From Planctomycetota bacterium (GTDB lineage Bacteria > Planctomycetota > UBA1135 > UBA2386), in the NCBI GenBank assembly GCA_947501605.1, contig CANMWZ010000009.1, forward strand, positions 52,893 to 116,892: a stretch of DNA of 64,000 nt, written 5' to 3'. Position 1 is the stretch's first letter; each line of letters opens with the position of its first letter. Shown piece by piece: positions 29,227 through 43,983 of this stretch. Below the pieces are notes generated by a model. It searched no databases, was not told the DNA's origin, and saw only the letters and a list, made by a program, of their open reading frames with translations. The position numbers and the translations under genes are program-made.

Positions 29227-30977
29227 CTACTTGTCCGCAGGCTTCTTGTCGCCCGTGGCGGGGACCTTCGCCGGCCCCGACTTCTGCTTGCGCTTCTGCT
29301 CGTCGAGCGCCGCCTGCTCGAGCACTTCTTTGCTCACCTCGATGCCGGCCTTCGCCAGCGCGGCGTCGACGAGAACTTGGCCGGCCACGTAGCCGCCGAT
29401 CGCCTTGCAGACCTTGCCCTCGCGGTCGAGCACGAGGGTCACCGGGATCATCATCACGCCGTAGAGGGCCATCGACGCGCGGTCGTCGCCTTTGCCCAGC
29501 GGGTCGTAGGCGAAGTGGATGTCGGCGTACTCGTCCTGGTGCTCGTCGACCCAGGCATCGAACTTCGCCCGCTCGTCGTTGGTGCACGAGGCGAGCACCA
29601 CGACACCCTGGTCCTTGTAGTGCTTCGCCAGTTCTTGCAGGTGCGGCATCGCCGCCTTGCACGGGCCGCACCACGTCGCCCAGAAGTCGAGCACCACGAC
29701 CTTGCCGCGGAACTGCAGAAGCGATACCGCCGCGCCGTCGCGATCGGTCATCGCGAAGTCCGGCGCCGTGGTGCCCACCGCCGGCAGCAGGACTCGCTTC
29801 GGCTTCGGCTTCGGCTTCAGCGAGGCGTCCGTTGTTGCTGCCACGGACGGCGTCGATTCGGTTGCGAGCCACATGCCAAACCACAGGAACTGCGGCAGCC
29901 AGTGCGTGGCGATCGCGAAGTCCGAGGCCCACAGGTCTTCGCGCTGCAGGATCGCCGCCGTCCGCGCGTCGAAGGTCTTGCGCGCGGCTGCATCCGTGGC
30001 CGCCGCCGCCGCAAAGGGCCACGTCTCGCTGATCGTGGCGCCGATCGGATGCACGGCCTTGATCGTCGGCAGCACTTCGGGAAGTGCCGTCCACGACGGT
30101 TCTGCCGGCGTCGCTCCTGCGGTCCCTTCGCGCTGCTGAATGACGCGATAGAGGGCGCCGATGTCGAGGAAGTCTCGCGCCTTGCGAGTCGGACCTGCGG
30201 CCAGCGCCGGACGCATCGGATCGAGCTTCGTGATCCTCAGAGCCTCGCGTCGCGCCTTCGCAGCGTCGCTGCTCGGAGTCACGAGCTGCGCCGCGAGGTA
30301 GCCAAACAGCCAGGACCGGTAGTGGCCGACGAACTCGCCAGACGGTGTCGCTGTGCTCTGTTGCAGTTCAGGGAAGGCGACGAGCTCGAGCTGCGTCAGC
30401 AGCCGCATTTCTGCCTCCTTGCGAAGGTCTGCGATCGCCGCCGCATCGATGCCCTCGTGGCGCGTCATCTCGTCCAGCAGGAGCAGCAGCCATGCATCCG
30501 CATAGGGTCGAATGAAGGCCATTGGGTCTGCCGCGACGCGGGCGTCGCCAGTCGCCGCGGTCGGTTCCGGCGAAGGCGCCAGCAGCGCCAGTTCCTGCTG
30601 TAGCACCACAGTCGGAAGTCGAGCGAGCGTCCACTTCGCCGTGTCCGCGTCACGCAGCGTGCGCGACATCGACAGCAAGGCCCAGTGAGCGGCGATGCAC
30701 GAATGCCAGTCGTAGCTGCCGTCGAACACGGTCGCTTGGCCTCTGCGCGTCCAGAGGTTGGCGCTCGGCTGCTTTTGCTCGATGCCCGCGCGCAACAGAT
30801 CGCGCATCTTGCCCAGCGCGGCGCGCGTGACTTCGGCATTGCTGGTGTGGGCTACGGCCGCATCCGTTGCCGCTGCCGAGGGATCAGGCGTGTGCTGGGC
30901 CAGGCCCGAAGGTGCGGACACGCTGAGGGCCGCGACGAGCACAGCAGCGGAGTAGAGGGATCGCATGCGATAGAGGT

Positions 30978-30981
<4 letters not shown>
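29227..30981 (-). CDS. DUF2891-like domain fused to a TlpA-like thioredoxin
   Basis: FDGSYDWHS...HW and HWL..F motifs (DUF2891-like); C-terminal DFWATWCGPC; GTG start overlaps the kinase stop. Confidence 0.8.
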
Positions 30982-34888
<3,907 letters not shown>

Positions 34889-34892
<4 letters not shown>

Positions 34893-35512
34893 GGGCCCTT
34901 GGCCTCGTGCCACGAGCCCTGGCCCAGCGCTGACTGCACTCTGGCTCGCAGCATCGACGCACCAGCCAGCAGCCGCCGGTAGGCCGTCGAGTCGGCGAGG
35001 GAGAGCAGCTTTGCCGCCATGGGCACCGACATCTCTTCGAACAGGCACATCCTCACCAGATCGCGATACTCATCCGACAGCGAATCGATCGCCTCGCGCA
35101 GCACGCGTGCGCGTTCGTGGCGGCCGGCCTCGCGGCTCGGAGTCGTCGTGACCGGAGGGAGGATTCCGTCCTCGGATCTTCTCGAATCTCCGGAAATCGA
35201 ATCGATCTTGTGGCCGCCGCCCCGCTTCTGCGCGGAGAGGCGTTCGACCGTGTCCTTGATGCGGTTCTGGGCGATGCCGCGGAGCCAGGCTCGGAACGCC
35301 GGCATGCCGCGCCAGTCGTGGGCCGCACGATCGCGCCAAGCCATCGCCAGGGTGTCCTGCCACAGGTCCTCGGGCGCGATCTGCGAACTCAGCGGGCGGC
35401 CCATCCAGCTGCCGATCAACGCGATCATCGCATCTTGGTCCAAGGCGGCGATCAGTTCGGTCCAGAGCGCGGCGTTCCGGTGCGGTTGGTCGTTCGGCGG
35501 GAGCGCGGTCAT
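34889..35512 (-). CDS. ECF sigma-70 factor (kinase-associated type)
   Basis: EDLWQDT, FRAWLRGIAQN, AQKR, TTPS, and region 4 LSDEYRDLV...HTH. Confidence 0.88.
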
Positions 35513-35850
35513 GGGCGGACGGGCAGTCTAACAGCCCGCGGGAGAACGCAGCCTGCGGGCGGGCCAGGCACGGTGGCTAAGCTCGAGCTCGTGCCAACTC
35601 GCTCGAGGCGCAGAAATCAGCTTGGTTCGGCCTCCTGGGTCGCGCCCCGGCCTTGCTGTGCGCAGTGACGGCGCCGGTCCGCAATCGGCGGTTGGCGAGG
35701 GGGGGCAGGCGCGGCGCGCCGTGCGAAGCGGTGGCCTTTGCGATTTTCATGGGGAGCGAACCGAGTGCCTCCCTCCATTCGTCTTGTCTGTTTCCCGTCC
35801 TCCTACTTCTGCGGCCGCGATGCGGTCGCATGGATCCGCTTCAAGAAGCC

Positions 35851-37941
35851 ATGCTCATGCACCGCATCTCCGCTTCTCTCGCCGTGAGCCTCGCGCTCCT
35901 CGGTTCGTCCACTGGCCTCCTCTGCCAGACGCAAGTGATCCCCGCGGCCTACACTGCGGCCGAAGCTGCCAGTAGCGCCTCGGCGCCCTGGAACACGCTG
36001 GCCGTACCGACGCGAGTCCAATACTGCTACGACTCGAGCTACTTTACGGCCGCGGGCATCACTGGGCCGGTGGTGCTCACCGGCATGCGGTTCCGCGCCA
36101 ACGCCGCCGCCGTGACCTCGACGTGGACGGGCGGAGTGTTCTCGAACGCGCAGATCGACCTGTCGACCTGCGGCACCAACTTCGCGGCCATCACGCCAAC
36201 GTTCGATCTGAACCACGGCAGTGATCGCACGAATGTCTTGGCGGGCACCGTCACGGTGCAGCCGGGCGCTGGCGCTGGCGCTGGCCTGCCGGGCGCGTGG
36301 TACATCACGATCCTGTTCGATGCGCCGTTCGTCTACGACCCGACGTTGGGCGATCTGCTGACCGAGTACCGCGTCAGCGGTTGGTCGGGCACCTCCAGTT
36401 TCTCGTGCGATCACGACTTCGCTGCGGCAACGGTTCAGGGCTCGCGTCTGCTGAGCAACGTCAGCACCACCAATGCCACGGGCACGGTCGCGCAAGGCCA
36501 CGCACCCGTGGTCGAGTTCACGTATGCCGCAGTCGCGGGGTTGTTCCCGAGCTTCACGGCGACGCCGATCCGTGGGGCCTCGCCCCTTCTGGTGCAGTTC
36601 ACCGACCGCTCGGTCACGTCGTCAGTGTTTGGCGTGTTGTCGTGGCAGTGGGACTTCGACAACAACGGCACAGTCGACTCGACGGCACAGAACCCGACCT
36701 TCAGCTACGGCTGTGGCACGCACTCGGTTCGGCTGACGGTCAGTGACGGCATCAACCCCGCCGGCAGTCTGTTGCGCGCGGGGCTCGTGGTCACTGACGA
36801 GATCGTGCCGGGCTTCACGTTTGTCGTGACCGCACCGGGCATCGTCCAGTTCACCGACACGACGACACCGCCAGCGACGTCCTGGGCCTGGGATTTCGAC
36901 AGCAACGCGAGCGTCGACTCGACGGTGCAAAACCCGGCCTTCAACTACGGCAGCTCGGGCCTGATCCCGTTGGCGACGTTGACGGCAAGTCGACTGTGCG
37001 GTCCGTCGACCGCCGTGAGCAAGCCGGTCTATACGAGCTTGTCGCTGGACATCCCGGGCATCGCCAATGTCGGGTCGCTGGCGTCGCCACCGTTCGGTGC
37101 GGGCTATTGGTTCAACATGACCGTGACCGAGCCGTCCGGGATCACGTTGAAGGGGTTGGTGGTTTCTGCCGGCGGCAACACGACCGGAACTCTGAACCTC
37201 TACGCCTCGAACCTGGGTTGGAGCGGCCGCACCGGCAGCTCGGCGGGTTGGCACCTGAACCAGACGGGCGCGGCGACCAAGGTCGGCAGCTTCTTCTATT
37301 CGATGTTCACGCAACCCAAGCACTACGGACCGGGCACCTATGGGATGTACATCCACCTCCTGGGCGGCATCCCGACATCGGGCACGATTGTCGCCGGCTA
37401 CGGCAACGCGGACTTCACGGTCAATCCAGGCGCGGTGCAGGTGGGCGGAACGCCGTTCGCGGGCGGCGCGCTGGCGACGCGCATGCACACGGGCGCCTTC
37501 CTCTACACCAAGGGTAGCTTCGACGGTGTCGCCAGCAACGGCTGGACCGGCAGCGGCTGCCCGGGCTCGCTGGGAGTGAGCGCCGCGACGCCAGTGGGCA
37601 ACCCGATCGTTGGGCAGAGTTACTCGATCGACTTCAGCAACTGCCCGGCCAACGTGGGTTTGGTCGCGTGGGGTCTGAGTCGCACGACCTCGGGTCTCGG
37701 CGCCTTGCCGGTCGACCTGACGGGCTTGGGTTACACCGGCTGCAATCTGCGCGTGAGCACCGACATCGACATCCAGGTCGCATTCACGGGCTCGACGACT
37801 CTGACGTGGGGCGTGGCGATCCCGAACGATCCGTTCTTCATCGGCATCGCGTTCTACAACCAGGTGCTGATGTTCGAGCCGGGCTTCAATGCCGGCGGCG
37901 GCGTCTTGTCGGACGCGACGAGTTCGCTGATGGGCAACTGA
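35851..37941 (+). CDS. Secreted PKD-domain protein with the shared C-terminal domain
   Basis: Signal peptide ...LLC|Q; two PKD domains (VQFTD...SW.WDFD.NGTVDST.QNP); GSGC...YTGCNL...NQ...SDA (alternative starts 35830/35857). Confidence 0.85.
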   Translation: MLMHRISASLAVSLALLGSSTGLLCQTQVIPAAYTAAEAASSASAPWNTLAVPTRVQYCYDSSYFTAAGITGPVVLTGMRFRANAAAVTSTWTGGVFSNAQIDLSTCGTNFAAITPTFDLNHGSDRTNVLAGTVTVQPGAGAGAGLPGAWYITILFDAPFVYDPTLGDLLTEYRVSGWSGTSSFSCDHDFAAATVQGSRLLSNVSTTNATGTVAQGHAPVVEFTYAAVAGLFPSFTATPIRGASPLLVQFTDRSVTSSVFGVLSWQWDFDNNGTVDSTAQNPTFSYGCGTHSVRLTVSDGINPAGSLLRAGLVVTDEIVPGFTFVVTAPGIVQFTDTTTPPATSWAWDFDSNASVDSTVQNPAFNYGSSGLIPLATLTASRLCGPSTAVSKPVYTSLSLDIPGIANVGSLASPPFGAGYWFNMTVTEPSGITLKGLVVSAGGNTTGTLNLYASNLGWSGRTGSSAGWHLNQTGAATKVGSFFYSMFTQPKHYGPGTYGMYIHLLGGIPTSGTIVAGYGNADFTVNPGAVQVGGTPFAGGALATRMHTGAFLYTKGSFDGVASNGWTGSGCPGSLGVSAATPVGNPIVGQSYSIDFSNCPANVGLVAWGLSRTTSGLGALPVDLTGLGYTGCNLRVSTDIDIQVAFTGSTTLTWGVAIPNDPFFIGIAFYNQVLMFEPGFNAGGGVLSDATSSLMGN

Positions 37942-38027
37942 GGTTGATCGATCCCGAGGTCGAGATCGCGCTCTTGCGGGTGCGCACGGCGCACCCGAAC
38001 TAGGGCTCGAAGAAGAACCGGCGCCGG

Positions 38028-38103
38028 GATCGGAGTCCGAAGGTCACACCATCTTGGTGTCCCTTCCGCCGCGCGCGGTCGGAAGGGACCCCGACCTCCG
38101 ATT
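38028..38103. repeat. Nested inverted repeats with a GGTGTCCCTT core (REP-like)
   Basis: GAAGGTCACACC-atctt-GGTGTCCCTTC palindrome; GGAAGGGACCCC at 38081; outer ATCGGAG/CTCCGAT stem. Confidence 0.55.
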
Positions 38104-38362
38104 CGCGCGCCCCGCCGTGGCTCCACCGCTCGCTCAGCAGGCGCGCACCATGCGGACGTCGAGCTTGCGACAGTGGTGCAGTCGTCGCGCGATCGCCGGC
38201 AGGCACTTCATCCCGATCGCGATGTGCTTCGAAGTATCCTCGAAGATCTCGCGCCGCTCGTCCCGCGCGAGCCCGAAGAGAAAATCGCACCGAGCGCTGC
38301 GTCCGTGGTCGCGGCTTCCTGCTCATGCGGTCGGAGCGGGCATCCCCCCCCGACCTACACGC

Positions 38363-39412
38363 ATGAACCTCCTCGCACCGTCCGTCCTGCCTCTCTTGCT
38401 CGCGGCCTCGTCGCTGTCGGCACAGGGTTCCTTCCTGACCTCCCCGTCGTCGCTGGCGTCGTCCGACGGCAACCAGTCGCTCGCCTTCAGCGAAGGCACC
38501 GGCACTCGCTGGCAGCAGATCCACGGGGACCTGATCGGTCCGGCGCGGCTGCTGCTCGGCCTGCGCTTGCGCCGCGACGAGGTGGTGCCGGCCCTGCCGA
38601 CGGCGACCTCGCGCCAGATCACGGTCGAAGTGCTGGCCGGCGAAGGCGACTTGGCACTGGTGGGCGGTGACTTCGCGCAGAACTTCCTGATCCCCGCGCA
38701 GCAGGTGGTGCCGCCGACGTCGATCACGCTGCCCGATTGGTCGCTGCCCGCCGGCGGGCCGCTGCCGTTCGACCTGGACGTTCCGTTCGCGGTGCCGTTC
38801 GCCTACTCGGGTGCACTGGCGCTCGTCGTCGAGGTCCGCATCGTCAACGACTCGCTCGTGTCGCACTTCGTCGACTCGTACGCAGAGGCAGGGAACTCGG
38901 TCGCGCCGGTCGACCTCGGCACGGGCTGCAACACCGGGTTCTTGCCGTTCCGCCAGGACGCGTCGCTGACGACGGTCTGGGTGCCGACGCAGCGCGGGGA
39001 ACTGGTGTGGGACCTGCGCGCGCTGTTCGCGCCCGTGGGGCTGCCCGGCTTCTTCCTCGTCGGCACGCAGAACCCGGTCACGGTGCCGGGTCTGTGCGAG
39101 ACCGTGTTCCCGACGCTGGACCTCGTGCTGCCGGCGACGCAGTTCGCCAGTGGCCCGATCGGGATCAACACGGTTCCGCAGGCCACGACGCCCTTCAGCC
39201 CGGGTCTCGTCGGCATGCAGGTGACGGTGCAGTCGGCTGCGATCGACCCGTCGCAGCCCGTGTTGCCGTTCGTGCTGTCGCAGGCACAGGTGCTGACCGT
39301 GGCGCCGCTGCCCCCGCAGCCGCTGCCGATCGTGTCGCTGCGCGGCAGCCTCGCCAACGCGCTCGCGGACGAGGTGGTCTACGGGGGCAGGGTGCTGCAG
39401 TTCGAGTTCTGA
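38363..39412 (+). CDS. Secreted protein with a variant of the shared C-terminal domain
   Basis: Signal peptide ...LSA|Q; N-domain similar to that of 35851-37941; GTGC...PGLC...VQSAAID...SQA. Confidence 0.78.
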   Translation: MNLLAPSVLPLLLAASSLSAQGSFLTSPSSLASSDGNQSLAFSEGTGTRWQQIHGDLIGPARLLLGLRLRRDEVVPALPTATSRQITVEVLAGEGDLALVGGDFAQNFLIPAQQVVPPTSITLPDWSLPAGGPLPFDLDVPFAVPFAYSGALALVVEVRIVNDSLVSHFVDSYAEAGNSVAPVDLGTGCNTGFLPFRQDASLTTVWVPTQRGELVWDLRALFAPVGLPGFFLVGTQNPVTVPGLCETVFPTLDLVLPATQFASGPIGINTVPQATTPFSPGLVGMQVTVQSAAIDPSQPVLPFVLSQAQVLTVAPLPPQPLPIVSLRGSLANALADEVVYGGRVLQFEF

Positions 39413-39654
39413 GGGTGGTTGCGCGAGGAGGCTGTGGCTAGTCCATCGCCTCGCATCGCGCGGCACTTCGTTCCGACGAGGGCGCGGTCGGACCCGAGTA
39501 GCGACGTTCCCGGGCGGCGAGGTGATCCCTGTCCGTGAGGGGCGTCGTCACGCGGTCACGCGCGTGGAGGTTGGCGATCGAAGCTAGAACGAGCGGAAGC
39601 CCGAAGGTCAGGGCATCTTGTCGCCGAGGAAGCCAACCAACTACCCGTCCACGA

Positions 39655-40404
39655 TCACTCCCCGACGGTCTCGGGCTTCGCCATCGGGGTAAGGGCGGCG
39701 CGCAACGCGCCGCCCACCGTGGCCTCCAACGTCCCCGCCCACGGGACCGAAGCCGCCGTGTTCCCGCCGAACAGCTGGTTCGCATTCCGGTCGACGACCA
39801 CGATGCGGATGCTGCACCCGACCGGCTGCCCGAGTTCGTTGCCCGCGATCTGGAACTCGACGCGGATGCTCGCATACGCCTCGCTGAGGCGTTCCGTGCG
39901 CAGCGTCTCCACGATCGAAGTCTTGCTCCCCGGGCCCCAGACGGGCAGCGTGTCGAACGTCGCGGCCGAGCACGGCTCCGGCACGTAGGCGAACTCGTCA
40001 GCGCGGGCCGAGCCGAACTTGCTGCTGCGCGCGCCGTCGGTCTCGATCGAGAAGCCGAGGCCATTGAGACACGCGACGACCGCTGCGTGCATCTCGGCGC
40101 CGTTGCTGGCGACCGCCGCGCGCCCGAGGTCCAAGGTCTTCTTCTCGCGCGCCATCTGAGCGGCCGCGTCGATCACAAGGTCCGGGTTGTCTTTGATCGA
40201 ATCCAAGATCCCGCCGAAGTCGACCTCGGCGCCTTCCGGTACGACGATCTCCTGTTGCTGGACGATCAGGTCGAAGTCGTAGCGGGCTGCGGCGCAGAGC
40301 GTTGGCAGCGGGGCTGCACCCGGGGCGACGGGGGTTCGCCAGACCGCTGGGTTCTGGCATGCAGCGAAGAGGGTGACGACGGCGAGAGTGAGGAATGGCT
40401 TCAT
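39655..40404 (-). CDS. Hypothetical lipoprotein
   Basis: MKPFLTLAVVTLFAAC lipobox; the real start lies well inside the 800-aa track ORF. Confidence 0.72.
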   Translation of the reverse strand: MKPFLTLAVVTLFAACQNPAVWRTPVAPGAAPLPTLCAAARYDFDLIVQQQEIVVPEGAEVDFGGILDSIKDNPDLVIDAAAQMAREKKTLDLGRAAVASNGAEMHAAVVACLNGLGFSIETDGARSSKFGSARADEFAYVPEPCSAATFDTLPVWGPGSKTSIVETLRTERLSEAYASIRVEFQIAGNELGQPVGCSIRIVVVDRNANQLFGGNTAASVPWAGTLEATVGGALRAALTPMAKPETVGE

Positions 40405-40599
40405 GGCGAGATCGAGGAACGGGGCGCACTCTTGTGCGGGACTCGCCAGCCAAACGACGTCGAGGGACGAACTCCCCAGCCCACGGATCGAAATCGGCGG
40501 CAGTGGGATCCGGTGACGGGCTCTCTGCGGTTCCGTCCTGCAGGCTCGCAGGGCAAGTCTGCTGCGGCCCAGACCAAGTCCCGGTAAGGTCGAAGGCCT

Positions 40600-42222
40600 A
40601 TGCGCACCTTCGCCGTGTCCTTCGCGTTCCTTCTCGTCGCGCCGTTGTGGGCGCAGGTCGCCCCCGAGCAGTTCGAACGCATCCGCCAAGAGGGCCTCGA
40701 GCGCTCCAAGGTGATGGCGCACCTCGATCACCTCGTCAATCGCATCGGGCCGCGGCTCACTTCCTCCGACAACCTCACGGTTGCGTGCGAATGGGCGCGC
40801 GACGAGTTTGCCGCGATGGGGCTCGCCGATGCTCGGCTCGAGCAGTGGGGCACCATGGACGTCGGCTTCAATCGCGGGCCGTGGTGGGGGCGCATGGTCG
40901 AACCAGAACAACTCGAACTGGTCTGTGCCACCGACGCCTGGAGCGCTGGCACGCGCGGCCCTGCTCGTGGTCCCGTGGTGCGGGCGCCGAAGGATGCAGT
41001 CGAACTCGCAGCGATGGCGCCGACGCTCAAGGGCGCCTGGGTCCTGGACGTGTCGCGCGACATGCTGACCAAGGTCGCCGATGCGATCGTCGAGCACGGT
41101 GGCCACGGCATGCTCGCGAGCTCCGGCGGCGATCTCGTGCTGACCGGCGGCAGTGAGCGCGTCCACTTCGACGACTTGCCCAAGGTGCCGATCGTTCGCA
41201 TCGACAAGGACGGGCATGACGCGATCGCCGACCTCGTAGCTACCGACAAACCCTGCGTCGTCGAGTTCGACATCCGCAATCACTTCAAGAAGGGTCCGAT
41301 CCCCGTGTTCAACGTCATTGCCGACATCGTCGGCAGCGAGAAGCCCGACGAGTTCGTCGTCGTCGGCGGGCACATCGACAGTTGGGACGGGGCCTCCGGC
41401 ACGACCGACAACGGCACCGGCACGGCGACCACGATGGAAGCCGCGCGCATCCTGATCGCCATCGGTGCCAAGCCCAAGCGCACCATCCGCTTCATGCTGT
41501 GGAGCGGCGAGGAGCAGGGGTTGCTCGGTTCGCGCGCGTGGGTGCAGGCCCACAAGGCCGAACTCGCGAAGTACTCCGCGTGTCTCGTCCACGACGGCGG
41601 CACCAACTACGTCTCGGGGATGGCCGGCATGAAGGAGATGCAGCCGCAGCTCGACAGCGCCTTCGAGCACGTGCTGAACTTGAATGCGGAGCTGCCGTTC
41701 AAGATCCGTGAGATCGAAGCGTTCACGCCGATCGGCAGCGACCACGAGTCGTTCACGGCGGCGGGCGTTCCCGGCTTCTTCTGGGACCAGCGCGGACGGG
41801 CCAACTACACCTTCACGCACCACACCCAGCACGACAACTACAGCGCTGCGATCCCCGAGTACCAGATGCACACCGCGGTCGTCGTGGCAACCGGCGCGCT
41901 CGGCCTCGCCAACCTGCCCGCACTGCTGACGCGCGAGAACATGAAGGTGCAGCGCGGCTTCGGCGGCGGTGGTCAGCGCAATCGACGCATGCTCGGCGTC
42001 ACGTTGCGCGACGACGGCATCACGATCGAGGAGTTCGGCGACGAGTCGCTGGCGCAAAAGGCGGGACTTTTGGCCGGTGACACGCTCGTTCGGATCGGCG
42101 ACCAGGCGGTCGCAAGCCAGGACGACTTGCGCAAGGCGCTTGCGGCTGGTGGCCCGGAGAAGACCGTGACCGTGAAGCGCGGCGACAAGGAGATCACCGT
42201 GCCCATCAAGTTCGCGCGCTGA
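40600..42222 (+). CDS. M28 family metallopeptidase with a C-terminal PDZ domain
   Basis: GHIDSWD, DNGTG, GEEQGLLGS, SDH, HHTQHD; C-terminal MLGV...AQKAGLLAGD PDZ domain. Confidence 0.9.
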   Translation: MRTFAVSFAFLLVAPLWAQVAPEQFERIRQEGLERSKVMAHLDHLVNRIGPRLTSSDNLTVACEWARDEFAAMGLADARLEQWGTMDVGFNRGPWWGRMVEPEQLELVCATDAWSAGTRGPARGPVVRAPKDAVELAAMAPTLKGAWVLDVSRDMLTKVADAIVEHGGHGMLASSGGDLVLTGGSERVHFDDLPKVPIVRIDKDGHDAIADLVATDKPCVVEFDIRNHFKKGPIPVFNVIADIVGSEKPDEFVVVGGHIDSWDGASGTTDNGTGTATTMEAARILIAIGAKPKRTIRFMLWSGEEQGLLGSRAWVQAHKAELAKYSACLVHDGGTNYVSGMAGMKEMQPQLDSAFEHVLNLNAELPFKIREIEAFTPIGSDHESFTAAGVPGFFWDQRGRANYTFTHHTQHDNYSAAIPEYQMHTAVVVATGALGLANLPALLTRENMKVQRGFGGGGQRNRRMLGVTLRDDGITIEEFGDESLAQKAGLLAGDTLVRIGDQAVASQDDLRKALAAGGPEKTVTVKRGDKEITVPIKFAR

Positions 42223-42231
42223 GTTCGGGTT

Positions 42232-42417
42232 TCAGTGCGTGCCGTCGCGTTGGCGCGGCGGCAACGCGCAACTGCCCTTGGTCGGCACCAACCGCGCGAC
42301 GAACATGCCGGCAAACAGCCCGATCAGCGGCGCGGGTTCGTAGTCGAAGGCCCAGCGGGCCCCGAAGCCGAGTACGAGGCACAGGATCGCGACCGCGATC
42401 CGCCGTGGGGAGTTCAA
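42232..42417 (-). CDS. Small membrane protein
   Basis: 61 aa with two hydrophobic segments; TTG start; follows the phosphatase-like gene. Confidence 0.5.
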   Translation of the reverse strand: MNSPRRIAVAILCLVLGFGARWAFDYEPAPLIGLFAGMFVARLVPTKGSCALPPRQRDGTH

Positions 42418-42453
42418 AGCTCAGAGCATGTGGGCTCTATCGGCTGACCTCGT

Positions 42454-42969
42454 TCACTTCGCCAGGGCTTCTGTCACGGCGTCTTCGAGTTTGGCGAGGC
42501 CGCAGGCCTTGCCGATGGCCAGCGCCTCTTCCTTGGTCTTGCCGTCGACGAACTTCGCTTTCAAGGCCATCATTGCGCCGACGCGATTGCTCGAGCCGCA
42601 GGCCACCAACGTGGTCGAGCCGCCGCCGATGGCAGCAGCAAACTCGCGCGCCTTTGCTGCCGTAAGATCGGCCGGCCCTTCGATCACGAGTCGAAGGAAC
42701 TCGAGGCCCGAGTGTGGGGCGAGTCCCTCTTCCCAACCGGTGCCGGACTCGGTCTTGGCCCGCAGGCAGACGACGCGGTCGATGCCGTGCTGTTTGAGCT
42801 TGGCGAATTGCTCCGGCGTCGGTTGGCCCGAGCAGTAGAGATCTGGCCCTTCTGCGTCGCTCGCATTGGCGACGTGCAGCGACTGGAGCGAGGCGAGGGA
42901 CGCGGGTGGCGCAGAGGCACAGGCGCCAAGCAGTGCGAGCAGGGCGGTGGGGGCGAGGGCTCGGAACAT
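42454..42969 (-). CDS. DUF442/phosphatase-like (CX5R) lipoprotein
   Basis: Lipobox LGAC; SGQP, VVCLR and ACGSSNR motifs. Confidence 0.82.
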   Translation of the reverse strand: MFRALAPTALLALLGACASAPPASLASLQSLHVANASDAEGPDLYCSGQPTPEQFAKLKQHGIDRVVCLRAKTESGTGWEEGLAPHSGLEFLRLVIEGPADLTAAKAREFAAAIGGGSTTLVACGSSNRVGAMMALKAKFVDGKTKEEALAIGKACGLAKLEDAVTEALAK

Positions 42970-43161
42970 GCCAAGAACCTACGGCCGGCGGAGCCGCGGC
43001 GAAAGCTCGCGATCGGCGGCAGGGCCTCGTGAGAGTGCGGCGGCGGCGGTCTTGGGCGGTCGACGCAACGTTGCGAAGTGTCCTCCTCGGTCCACGGGCG
43101 CCGAGTCGTGCAAGTCGCTGGCTATGCTGACCGGCCTCTCTCTCTCTCAGGAGGCTCTCGC

Positions 43162-43725
43162 ATGCTCACTCTCTCTGCTCTGCTTGTTCCGATCCTGCTA
43201 GCTGCCGTTGCCGTTTTTGTTGTCAGTAGTGTCGCTCACATGGTGCTGCCGTTGCATCGTTCCGACATGCGCGGTTTGCCGGGCGAAGATGCGATTCTCG
43301 ACGCGATGCGGAACGCCGGCGTTTCCCCTGGCGAGTACATGTTCCCTTGGTGCAGTTCCATTGCCGCGATGGGCTCGGCGGAGATGAAGGCGAAGTTCGA
43401 CCGTGGCCCAATGGGCAGCCTCATCGTGCGCCCGGCGGGTGGCTTTGGCATGGGCAAGTCCCTTGGCCAGTGGTTTGCCCTGTGCGTGATCACGAGCCTG
43501 ATGGTGGGCTACGTCGCCACCTTGGCGATCCCCGCGGGCGCTTCCGGCCACCTGGTTTTCCGCTTCGCCAGCGCCGCCGCCTTCTTGAGCTACGCGTTTG
43601 GCAGTGCGTCGAACTCGATCTGGAAGGCGGTGCCGTGGAGCACGACCTGCAAGTTCGTCCTCGATGCTCTGCTCTACTCGCTCGCGACTGGCGGGGTGTT
43701 TGCCCTCATGTGGCCCGCCGCCTGA
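43162..43725 (+). CDS. Hypothetical membrane protein
   Basis: AGGAGG RBS; 4 TM; H..D...LPGED and PG.YMFP motifs. Confidence 0.78.
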   Translation: MLTLSALLVPILLAAVAVFVVSSVAHMVLPLHRSDMRGLPGEDAILDAMRNAGVSPGEYMFPWCSSIAAMGSAEMKAKFDRGPMGSLIVRPAGGFGMGKSLGQWFALCVITSLMVGYVATLAIPAGASGHLVFRFASAAAFLSYAFGSASNSIWKAVPWSTTCKFVLDALLYSLATGGVFALMWPAA

Positions 43726-43983
43726 TCCAGTGCCCAACGAGGGCAAGGCGCAGTCTGGATTGCGGCGCTGGCGGCCCGCACGCGATGCCTGCGGAACGCC
43801 CGCCAGCGATCGTCGACTGCTTGGCCTGTGCACGCCCACGCCGCGCGAACGCGGCATGAGCGGGAGGAACCGCGGCGGAAGGAGCCACGGCGGGCGCAGC
43901 AAGTATCGCCGCGCGCGGCGCCGTCGTTCTTAGCGGCGCGGCCACAGCGCAGGGCCTGTGGCCATCGGCACCAAGGGCTGCGA

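Noticed and set aside
38130..38325. Coding-looking minus-strand fragment (CDFLFGLARDERREIFEDTSKHIAIGMK...) beside the palindromes
   Set aside because: No start codon in frame and no family recognised.
40600..42222. M28 protein as the glutaminyl cyclase behind the Q-rule
   Set aside because: Its PA-like insert, PDZ domain and GHIDSWD/GEEQG motifs fit a carboxypeptidase-Q-like peptidase better; cannot be fully excluded without phylogeny.
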